This document shows, in pieces, positions 10,801 to 18,459 of a stretch of DNA of 64,000 bases. Source of the DNA: Myxococcales bacterium (GTDB lineage: Bacteria > Myxococcota_A > UBA9042); the NCBI GenBank assembly GCA_009692465.1, contig SHZD01000004.1, positions 9,239 through 73,238 of the forward strand, in the 5' to 3' direction. Under the pieces are notes generated by a model that worked only from the letters and a program-made list of their open reading frames with translations, ran no database searches and had not been told where the DNA came from. How positions within the stretch are numbered: position 1 is the stretch's first letter; each line of letters begins with the position of its first letter. A program made the position numbers and the translations under genes.

Positions 10801-12139
10801 GCATATTGGCCAGCACGTCGCCCTTAAACGGCGTCTGCCAGTTGGCCTGCTCTGGCGGTAGCTTGGGCTCCAAAATGCTGGCGGTGTACAGAATGGGCCG
10901 CGCGCGGGGGTCGACGATGGGGCACTCGCCTTTGGTGGTAGTGGAGCCAAAATCGTCACAATTATCGTCATCCCAGCTCGGTTCGGCCAGCGACTTAGCC
11001 AAGTATTCGATGGCTTCTTTGCGCAGATCGAAGCCCGATTTTTTCTTGTCCTTTTCGTCGGCCTTGATGGATAGCTTGAGTTCGTCTTCAAACTCAATGA
11101 GCTGCTGAAACCACTTGACCGCTTCCGAGTATTTGTAGAGCTGAAAATTCGACCAGCCGAGCTTGTACAGCGCCAGCGAGTAGTTGCCGTTGTCACCCAG
11201 CTCCTTGGCCTTGATGGCCGCGCGCTCGTAGGCGGTGGCCGCCTTGTCATACTCGTTGTTGTCAAAGTTGATTTCGCCAACACGCAGCCAAGCTTCCGCC
11301 ACGTACTTGGACTTGGGGTAGTGGTCCTCAAGCGCCGCCAGAGTCACGACCGCCTTGTTTTCCATCTTGGGGTCCAGCTCGCGCATTTCGTACTCGCAAA
11401 AGCCTTGCAAATACATAGCTGCGTCGCTGACGCCTTCGCGTTTGCGCCAAGAGTCATTGGGTTCCAAAATGACGCCGGCCAGCTTTCCGGACAATGGGTC
11501 CATGGTCGTGCCCGGCGGAACCCAGTGCAAATACTTGTAAATAGCGATCGAGCGCGAAAAGTCGCGTTTGGCATCATTGGGTGGATCGAGCAGCTTGCCG
11601 CGATTGTACAAGTCAAGTTCGCGCGCAAAGTTATCCGACGCCCGGTTGTAAGCCCCGATGGTGTCTTCGTAATACAACTCGGCGAGTCGGAACATCGAGT
11701 CGGGCGTGTACACGTTGTGGTCGCGATGCCGAAAAATAAATCCTTCCAACCGAGCAATCGCATCGCGGCGCAGGTCGAATTGCTCTTGCTCCAGCTTGTC
11801 GATCTGCGTTTGGTAGGTGTTGGCCAGTGAGCGCTGTTTAGTGCCAATGTCGCGGCCGATGAACTCTTTAACTTCCTTTTGATATTCGCTAGCTGCCTGC
11901 TTGAAAAGCTCGAAAGCGGCGTCAAATTGCTTGCGTTCCTGAGCCAACACCGCCGGATCGATGACTGGATCGCCGACAATCTTGTACTTGGGCATCAGGC
12001 GTGGCGGCGGTTGGGCGGACGACGCGTTGCCGGCCACCAGGCTCAGTGCGATCAGACAGGCCAGCGTCAACGTGTGTCCAAGGCGGCGACCTGATTCCGA
12101 AACGGACAGGCGCACGCCAACTGGTGCGCGTGGGGTCAT
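7868..12139 (-). CDS. Very large (1423 aa) secreted TPR/helical-repeat protein
   Basis: N-terminal signal-like segment (LTLACLIALSLVAGNASSA). Long arrays of TPR-like repeats. Cys pairs (CDDFGSTTTKGEC, CGDCPLGNKLC). Stop overlaps the start of the downstream gene at 7868. Confidence 0.7.
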   Translation of the reverse strand: MTPRAPVGVRLSVSESGRRLGHTLTLACLIALSLVAGNASSAQPPPRLMPKYKIVGDPVIDPAVLAQERKQFDAAFELFKQAASEYQKEVKEFIGRDIGTKQRSLANTYQTQIDKLEQEQFDLRRDAIARLEGFIFRHRDHNVYTPDSMFRLAELYYEDTIGAYNRASDNFARELDLYNRGKLLDPPNDAKRDFSRSIAIYKYLHWVPPGTTMDPLSGKLAGVILEPNDSWRKREGVSDAAMYLQGFCEYEMRELDPKMENKAVVTLAALEDHYPKSKYVAEAWLRVGEINFDNNEYDKAATAYERAAIKAKELGDNGNYSLALYKLGWSNFQLYKYSEAVKWFQQLIEFEDELKLSIKADEKDKKKSGFDLRKEAIEYLAKSLAEPSWDDDNCDDFGSTTTKGECPIVDPRARPILYTASILEPKLPPEQANWQTPFKGDVLANMQKNFQARNDVRASLINGKPYVFDILLTYGLTLFNQREDDYYWQAIRVMGYVIDNYPMVREAQDLQRKIISSVDILASFAASFEAEIKTGKGGRDAQIGLDMANEAKARQIVERQRYMKQFGKGSEWYKKYGSDKDLSAQVDDQTSRIRREFAMLSHAEAQRLKGEGKIDEAIAKYAEAASAYEDLLNSDRDAPDAYKLAWTLAEIWYFAGVQCNAPRDKDRNLIMVDEEVVPWPAEKQPVIKKACEAMQNSIAYYNMVRDWKGSHTKDEETGKPMEKTEEAAFSAVGAAEQVLAARAAYDKADPERVGTLSLPEIRPSNAKDQETIKANENEKDIKRVTRVPIDPLAVEWILAADGYVANADKFLSKEDPERAPKLALKAAELLYKNRHFDPWKEGATPRTSAEFWSARKRFEAILNRFRGSKQASEAVKNLLTGYWLENDIDALTAVTEKFGDQVPKEDKTVIDRTVKFIKFGALSDRAFANFKAAEADEKSAAGMPNPDDAGKLLAVARKRYTLAADDFRKVRQEVMGVEKMKEAERIKTSRVVLLNSVRAYHRAELWDKCVDTLKEAEQMLREWSPTDTGEKKERTDALQEVLEIRANLNFDFFKIEEAISDFVLLYQNDINGKKADYYLKTAAQMAFFNSNWEKAIQLNKEVIARFEKSPEQAKQLVVKDAVWQLYIIEKSRASIPKQIETLEAFIARYQTDKPSSGKVFKAYGIIAEIHETKGDKAAANKMYARIIEAFIKGGYEKNGGPEASAAAQSTFQLLRPRFDDFMTTKLVENAKLPKAKRMPDLQNQVKKMMEVLLGPEIKFKAPDGSQAAARCGDCPLGNKLCRDSVCVADVTKNGLYDEYLSAVSNYGSQNWSYAAFLYRARLLKYFARQIYDAPRPADLSEDEVTVYEEFLEKLGAVFENRAIQSLKLALNDAEGKGVVNQWVTELRSEMNKYRPKEYPLLRDEKRAFASPIGTLPQVEKELR

Positions 12140-12141
12140 GG

Positions 12142-14610
12142 CTACTCCTCGCCTTCGGCGTCGCCGGTGAGGTTTTGCAGAACATCGCCCAGACTCTTGA
12201 TACGCTGACCGCGCTCATCCTGCAACTCGCGAATTGTGGTAGCCTTTTGCTGCTTGCGCTGCCAGGCAACGTCCACCAAACCGAGATCGGCTTCCAAAAG
12301 CACGTCCGACAACCGCCGCTGCGCTTTCAGCACCAATTCGTTGCCCACGTTGCGCGCAAGATCGCGGGCGTCGTCCTCATAAGTACGCATAGAACTTTGA
12401 TATTCTGAGATGTTGCGCTGCTCAACCGCTAGGATTTTCTTGATGCCGCCCAGCCGCTCCGAAGCGCGCTCTTGAACCTGACTGATCAGGGTCCAGATGT
12501 CGGTATAGAGCTTTTCCAACGCCAACCGTGAAGCACGCAGGCGATTCGGGTCACCACCGCTGCGCTCAATGGCGTCGACATACACTTGCATCTCATAGCG
12601 TTGAGCGCTAAGCAGGGCTGCGCGAATGGTATTTTCGTCGGCGCTGACCTTGTCGCCGGCGCCAACAGTCTGAGCGGCGACTTCGGCGGCTTGAGAAAGC
12701 TCTTCGATTTCGCGGGCTACGCGGCGAATTTCGTCTTTTTGGCCCTGCAGTCCATCGCGGATCGTCTTTTCTAGGTCCTTGGTCAGGACCACGCCTTCGC
12801 CGCCAAAAAGGCGTTCGTTGAGCATTTTCTCTACGCTCAGCAGTTGTTCTTTAACGGAAGCAAGTTGCGCCTTGAGCAAACCGACGTCGCCCGAAAGGTT
12901 GGTAAAGTCTTGAACCACTCGGTTTTGGCGTTTGATGTACGAACCGGCGTCCGGCGGAATTTTGGAGTAGGCTTCCTCAAGCTTCTTGCGCACCTGCATC
13001 ATGCCGTCGGAGCGGCCTTTTTCCTCACTGCTCATGATCGGTAGGGCACGGTCGCGCAGTAGCTCGGTAATCCGCTTGCCAACGACGATACAGCGGTTCT
13101 GCGACTCCGCCAAACGCACCCAGGCATCTTTCAGATCAGGGAACATGTCTAAGCGTGCCGAAGCCCGCAGCGCCGTGTCCAAGACGTTGGCAATCTTGGC
13201 TGATTCTTTGACGTCGGCGCGTTCTGCCGCCATGTTGTCAAACACTGAGACGACCCGCAGCATGTCCTCGTCCCTTTCCAAGTACTTGGCGACGCGATTG
13301 GACACGGGTTGAATGACTGCGTAGTCCTCACTGCCGCGCACCAGCAGCCAAGCAAAAAATTGCTCAAGGTTTTTCGGAACTGCGGCAAAATTGCGCAATT
13401 CGCCTTCAATGGCGGAGTAGCGCTCGACCACTTCCTTGTAGGCGGCGTCGGCCTTTTCAAATTGCTTGTCGAGCATGTTGATGCGGCCGCGCAACACTGC
13501 GGCTTGGACAGCCACGTTATCGTCGCTGACAGTAAGCAACAAGATATCAAGCACCTCTAGTGCGCGCTTAGGTTTTGCGCTAGCCACATACGTCGCCGAC
13601 AGCTCAAAGAGCGCTTCCTCGTAGATCGGCGACTTGCGATCGATGCGCGCGTAGTTTTCTGCCGCTTCATCAAATTTTTTCTGCTGCAGAAGCATCCGAC
13701 CCAAGGCCATGTAGACGTAGTCCGCAACCACAGGATCTGGCTTGCGATTGGGGTCGGTCGACTGAGCCTTGAGGGCGTCGGCGACCCGCTTGAATTCGGC
13801 CATCGCGTCGTCTTGCTTGCCCAGAGCGACCAACGCAGCACCGATGTAAAACCGCGAAGCAGCCCAGCGGGTTTCGCCAATTTGGATTTGGTCGAGAAAC
13901 TGGCGACTGCGCTCCAGATAGCTGCGCCGCGTCCCTGAATCACCGGCAAGGAAAAACGATCGGCCAAACTGGTACAACAGCTCAGACTTGCGGGTATCCG
14001 ATGGCACAGATTCTAGACGTTTGGCCAACACTTCAACGTCTTCCATCCGGTGCATGCGCACGGCGATATCGACGAGTTCGGCCAGAGCAGACTGAAAGTG
14101 CTTGCCGCCATTCGAAATGATTAATTTGTCCAAGTATCGCTTGGCACCGGCGTAATTGCGCAAGCGATACAGGGAGTCGCCGAGCATCTGCAGGGCATCG
14201 GCATAGTCGCTGCGCACCTGAAACTCGGCGTTCTGCACCAAGTCGGTCAACATGACGGCGGCGGTCGAAAAATTACCCCGGTCGTAGGCCAAGCCAGCCT
14301 CGACAAACCTTCGGTCGAGCGGATAGCGGCGCTCTTTTTCGCGCGCCTTTTTCATGTCGTCGTCGACAAGGCTGACATTATTGCGAATATTGCCGATGTC
14401 GTTGTCAACACCGCGCTCTGCGTCGTCGGCCCAAGCGGCGTTCGGCACCAGCACGGAAGCGGACAGGATTGCGCAAGCTAGCATCGACAAGCCGCAGGCC
14501 AGCACCTCAAACCAGTGTGCCATGCCTACACCAGCGCGCCGCTCAGCTCGCCCTGACGGATCGCGGAGGTGACGCTCGGCGTGCATGTGTACTTGCCCGT
14601 CGACCATCAC
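12142..14610 (-). CDS. Secreted TPR/coiled-coil protein (822 aa; probable true start ~14523 at MAHWFEVLACGLSMLACAILSASVL)
   Basis: Signal-peptide-like segment after an internal Met. TPR-like repeats, then a long coiled-coil C-terminal half. 4-nt overlaps with both neighbours. Confidence 0.65.
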   Translation of the reverse strand: MMVDGQVHMHAERHLRDPSGRAERRAGVGMAHWFEVLACGLSMLACAILSASVLVPNAAWADDAERGVDNDIGNIRNNVSLVDDDMKKAREKERRYPLDRRFVEAGLAYDRGNFSTAAVMLTDLVQNAEFQVRSDYADALQMLGDSLYRLRNYAGAKRYLDKLIISNGGKHFQSALAELVDIAVRMHRMEDVEVLAKRLESVPSDTRKSELLYQFGRSFFLAGDSGTRRSYLERSRQFLDQIQIGETRWAASRFYIGAALVALGKQDDAMAEFKRVADALKAQSTDPNRKPDPVVADYVYMALGRMLLQQKKFDEAAENYARIDRKSPIYEEALFELSATYVASAKPKRALEVLDILLLTVSDDNVAVQAAVLRGRINMLDKQFEKADAAYKEVVERYSAIEGELRNFAAVPKNLEQFFAWLLVRGSEDYAVIQPVSNRVAKYLERDEDMLRVVSVFDNMAAERADVKESAKIANVLDTALRASARLDMFPDLKDAWVRLAESQNRCIVVGKRITELLRDRALPIMSSEEKGRSDGMMQVRKKLEEAYSKIPPDAGSYIKRQNRVVQDFTNLSGDVGLLKAQLASVKEQLLSVEKMLNERLFGGEGVVLTKDLEKTIRDGLQGQKDEIRRVAREIEELSQAAEVAAQTVGAGDKVSADENTIRAALLSAQRYEMQVYVDAIERSGGDPNRLRASRLALEKLYTDIWTLISQVQERASERLGGIKKILAVEQRNISEYQSSMRTYEDDARDLARNVGNELVLKAQRRLSDVLLEADLGLVDVAWQRKQQKATTIRELQDERGQRIKSLGDVLQNLTGDAEGEE

Positions 14611-15494
14611 TTCGCAGCCCCCTCGCCCTCTTTGTCCTTCTTGTTCTGGATGAGCTTGACTTCATACTTGATGTACGGCTTGTCTTCCAGATCGGTGCCG
14701 ACGCCGCCGCGCTCGTAGCCGACGACCCCGACTTCGGTGATCCGGCCTTTGGTGGCGTAAAATGTGTAGGAAGACTTGAGCTTGAAGACGTAGCCTTTGA
14801 GGTAACTGAACAATTCGGAGTTGCCCTGATAGACCATTTCCACCGACAACGAATGGTTTCCGGGGATGACCGAGCCGTTGTAGATTTCAAACTCTTTGCG
14901 TTGACTGAGCAAACCGTTGGAGTTGTCCTGATAGTAAATCTTCTTGCCGTCCAAATAGTAGGTGACGTCTTTGAGTAGGAAGAAGTTACCCATCTCGTTG
15001 CGGTGAATCAGAACCGCCCGCGATTCGGCGATGACTTGCTCCAAAATCTGCTCTTTGAGCAGCAATAAACGCGTTTTTGTGTTGAAAATGCGCTCCTTGA
15101 TGCTGACCACGCGTTCCTCAATTTGGCGCAGTTTGGCTTCATATTGGGCGTCACCGGCTTGCGGCACGGCGGCCCCGGGTTCGGCTGCCGCTGGGGCGGT
15201 GGCCGCGGGCACGGCGGTGGCAGCGGGCGCGGCGGGAGCCGGCGCAGTACCGGCAGCAGGGGCAGGTGAGGCCGGTGGGGCAGGTGAGGCCGCGGCGCCG
15301 GCAGGAGCGGTTGGCGCTGGCTTGGGGTCCGCTTGCGCGTAGGCAGTGGCAACAGGTTGTCCGCTGGCCACAGTGACGGCCACGCTCAGCGCCGCTACAG
15401 CGGCCCGCGCCGCGAATGTCTTTTGCGCCAGCCCCCGCCCCAGTGGCGCCAGCTGGTGATCAGCGGTGGTGATCGTTTCGTTTCGAACAGGCAT
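14607..15494 (-). CDS. Secreted protein with Ala/Pro-rich low-complexity region and conserved C-terminal domain; first gene of the TPR operon
   Basis: Signal-like N-terminus, (A/P)n linker, then a globular domain (YEAKLRQIEERVVSIKERI...YYLDGKKIYYQD...). The atga stop/start overlaps the next gene. Confidence 0.55.
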   Translation of the reverse strand: MPVRNETITTADHQLAPLGRGLAQKTFAARAAVAALSVAVTVASGQPVATAYAQADPKPAPTAPAGAAASPAPPASPAPAAGTAPAPAAPAATAVPAATAPAAAEPGAAVPQAGDAQYEAKLRQIEERVVSIKERIFNTKTRLLLLKEQILEQVIAESRAVLIHRNEMGNFFLLKDVTYYLDGKKIYYQDNSNGLLSQRKEFEIYNGSVIPGNHSLSVEMVYQGNSELFSYLKGYVFKLKSSYTFYATKGRITEVGVVGYERGGVGTDLEDKPYIKYEVKLIQNKKDKEGEGAAK

Positions 15495-16100
15495 CGAATC
15501 GACTCCTCGTCGGCGACCGCGCCGCGGTGGCGGCGCTGGTAGTTGCCATGTATTTGGCGCAAGTGGCGCCTTAGTGAACCAAGTGTTCGACGCTGCTGGC
15601 GTCCAAGATAACGCGTTGTTGACGTCGACCCAGGAAAGATATTGATTGCATTGACATTATCAACAAAAACTGGCCGTGCGGGAACACTCCTCGCACAGGC
15701 TGATCCAGCCTAGTGTGCCACGGTGCGGCACGTTCTGTCACCTGCAACGCGCCAGAAAACATCCCCAGTTCAAGACAAGCAAGTGCAGTGGCCGCAATGG
15801 CCTAGGTTATTGCCTGTTGCCAAGCTCGGTTCCAACACAGTCGATGCGGTTGGAGCGCAAGGATAGGACTACATGGCTCGTTGGTCAAATAAGCCAAGGC
15901 GTCTGGGTGTCCCGCTTTCGGCGCGCCATGCTCCATGAAGTCGGCCGGCTCAAAAGCAGGCCTGTTGCGTCGCCGTTGGGCTTACCTCGTTGCGGCGTTG
16001 CCAAGCACGCGTCAGTCGTCAAGCCCCTTATTTCGTTGATCTACAGCCAAAATCGGAACTCGGGCAGTTTTCGGTGGTGAAAATGACCCCAACACCGATG

Positions 16101-17225
16101 CTAGATACGCGGGGTCGGCATCTTCGATTTGCCTTGTTTACTGAATTTCGCACGGCGCGTCGGTGCGGGCTTGGTTGTGGGTTGGACAACTGGCGCTTCG
16201 GCCGCACAGGGGTCGAATTCCGTGGTCGCCGCTGGCAGTGGGCGTTCAAAGTGAACAGCCACCGCATCCAGCCAAAGCTGCAGGCCCGTGCGCGCGACTG
16301 CTGAAATGGCCATGACCGGTTCACCAATCAGAGCTGCCAACTCTCGGGCTTGGTCATCTGCCTCTGGGCCCAAGAGGTCGGCCTTGGACAGCAAGACCAT
16401 TTGCGGCCGGTCGGCAAGTCCGGGCTGATAGGCCGCCAGTTCGGCGCGCAAGGTGGCCAGCGCCTCCGGGGCAGGTATTTCGTCGGTCGGCGACACCAAA
16501 AGGGCGATCAGCCGACAGCGCTCAACATGGCGCAGGAAGCGCAGACCAAGTCCCGCGCCCTGCGCCGCCCCGGCTATCAGCCCCGGAATATCGGCAACGG
16601 TAAACACCTTGCCTTTGTGGCGCACGACACCCAGGTTGGGCACCAGAGTCGTGAACGGGTAGTCGGCAACCACGGCTTGAGACGCAGAAATGGCGCGGAT
16701 CAAGCTGGACTTGCCGACGTTGGGCAGACCGACGAGGGCTACGTCGGCCAACATCTTGAGATCAAAACGTAAATTTAAGGTCACGGTGGGCTGGCCTTGG
16801 TTTGCTCGGTCCGGTGCCTGTCGCGTCGCTGTAGCAAAGTGGACATTGCCCCAACCGCCGTTGCCACCGCGCAACAGAATGGCGCGTTGACCGGCGACGC
16901 ACAGGTCGACCAGCAGTTCGCCGCTATCCGCGTCATACACTTGGGTGCCCGGAGGCACTTGAAGGACCAAACCAGCGCCGTCGCGGCCGGTCTTATTTTG
17001 GCCTTGGCCCGGTTTGCCGGGTTCGGCCGCGTACTGGCGAAGGTAATGATAGTCGAGCAGCGACCGCGAACGGTCGTCGGCCACAACTTGCACGTCGCCG
17101 CCGCGACCACCGTCGCCGCCATCGGGCCCGCCCTGCGGTACGTGTTTTTCGCGGCGGAAATGGCGACTGCCGACGCCGCCTGCTCCGCTGCTGGCAATGA
17201 TCGTTGCTTGGTCAATGAAATGCAT
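16101..17225 (-). CDS. obgE: GTPase Obg
   Basis: MHFIDQATIIASSGAGGVGSRHFRREKHVPQGGPDGGDGGRGGDV Obg-fold N-terminus plus G-domain motifs (GLPNVGKSSL, DIPGLI). Confidence 0.9.
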   Translation of the reverse strand: MHFIDQATIIASSGAGGVGSRHFRREKHVPQGGPDGGDGGRGGDVQVVADDRSRSLLDYHYLRQYAAEPGKPGQGQNKTGRDGAGLVLQVPPGTQVYDADSGELLVDLCVAGQRAILLRGGNGGWGNVHFATATRQAPDRANQGQPTVTLNLRFDLKMLADVALVGLPNVGKSSLIRAISASQAVVADYPFTTLVPNLGVVRHKGKVFTVADIPGLIAGAAQGAGLGLRFLRHVERCRLIALLVSPTDEIPAPEALATLRAELAAYQPGLADRPQMVLLSKADLLGPEADDQARELAALIGEPVMAISAVARTGLQLWLDAVAVHFERPLPAATTEFDPCAAEAPVVQPTTKPAPTRRAKFSKQGKSKMPTPRI

Positions 17226-17939
17226 AGGTCACAGGCTCAATGCCGCGACGATGCGGCAGATGAGGTTGTACATCGGGCAGAGGGCGTGCGCAAACCGGGC
17301 ACAATATCATGCGTTTAGGCAGTAGTTTACAGATAACCTAGGCGTTTGCACGAGTTGCGGTGAGACGCTGGTTTTGGGCAACCGTGGTGATCATCGGTGC
17401 CGTCACCCGGGATAGGCGTGGAGAATTCGGCAGTTCTCCCGGTAACCATCTGATATTTAGTTGGTTATTTGCGGTCGCATGGAGAGTGCCTGCCGCCAAT
17501 TTGGATTTTATTTTTCGGGCCCAGTTTCCTGTGCGGCGGCAGCGGACAGAACTGCGAATTGCCGCAAACGCGATCGGTCGATCGCCCCACATCTAGCGTA
17601 GGGTAAAAAATTTGACGCTAGGTGTGGTGGTGGCAGGCTGTGCCCAGATGCCGCGGCGATTGACCCGGCGGCCAGTTGGGGCTAGCGTATGCAGTGCGAA
17701 GTGGCGCTATGGCCGATGCGGCAGCGACTCCGGCAGAGCCGGTCTAACCAGACCGACCGCCCAGTCATGTCCTTGGTCGTTTTGCCCCTTTTTGCATCCC
17801 ATTCGAACTTGAGTGGCGCGGGTCAGCCTCGCGCTGAGCTGGCCGGCCGCCCAGAAGCGGAACTACCGGACGGCAACGGTCGAAATTTGCCCATTGCTCC
17901 AGCTGGCGAAATGTCCGCTGGCGTTGATGGTGGCCCGAT

Positions 17940-18160
17940 CGGCTTGCAGCCGGTGGCTGAGCACCTGCTCGCTGAACACCTGGTCACTGAGCACCTGCTC
18001 GCTGAACACCTGGTCACTGAGCACCTGCTCGCTGAACACCTGCTCACTGAGCACCTGCTCGCTGAACACCTGGTCACTGAGCACCTGCTCGCTGAACACC
18101 TGGTCACTGAGCACCTGCTCGCTGAACATCTGGTCACTGAGCACCTGCTCGCTGAGCCGG
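17940..18160. repeat. 30-bp tandem minisatellite (gagcacctgctcgctgaacacctggtcact x ~7) in the nrdJ leader
   Basis: Direct tandem repetition. It translates in one frame as (EHLLAEHLVT)n, which produces an artefactual ORF extension. Confidence 0.85.
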
Positions 18161-18289
18161 GACCCAGTCGCGCCGAGCCAGTAGGGCAATTGGCATGCAA
18201 AACCCGGTCTTCTCAACATCGCTTCGTTAAGGATGGTCGCAACGGCCGCAAATTGCGCCGCGCCGACCCACCGCTGCAGGACCAGGTCC

Positions 18290-18400
18290 ACTTAGTTCAC
18301 CAATCAACTGACCGATCAACTGACCGATCAACTGACCGATCAACTGACCGATCAACTGACCAATCAACTGACCGATCAACTGACCAATCGACTGACCAGC
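18290..18400. repeat. 12-bp tandem repeat (caactgaccgat x ~9) ~60 bp upstream of the nrdJ start
   Basis: Direct tandem repetition immediately 5' of the aaggag SD of nrdJ. Confidence 0.85.
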
Positions 18401-18459
18401 TAAATCGCGCGCTCGTTGCCCATCACGCAGCACGGCCGCACCGCACAAGGAGTTTCACC

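Noticed and set aside
15676-16080. 134-aa ORF in the obgE-proximal intergenic region
   Set aside because: Arg/Ser-rich junk-like composition, no SD, lower-GC non-coding context.
16205-16245. tRNA/tmRNA-like T-arm motif gggtcgaattccgtggtcgcc
   Set aside because: Lies inside the obgE coding sequence, lacks acceptor stem/CCA context and other tRNA arms.
17340-17690. Cobalamin riboswitch or NrdR boxes upstream of nrdJ
   Set aside because: No B12-box (GCCACTG-like) or 16-bp ACACWATATATWGTGT-type palindromes could be found by eye. Class II RNR uses B12 as cofactor and is not normally riboswitch-controlled. Left as an unverified negative.
17689-18459. Long N-terminal extension of nrdJ. Similar extensions occur at HK 53165-53458, 57314 ORF N-terminus 58431-58993, gpmI 23254-23292, dnaJ 60077-60118 and pckG 38595-38648.
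   Set aside because: The extensions are encoded by stop-free GC-rich repeats or MITE sequence. Strong SD/ATG and conserved family N-termini occur downstream. The identical MTYSGTVP peptide at gpmI and dnaJ comes from the family B repeat.
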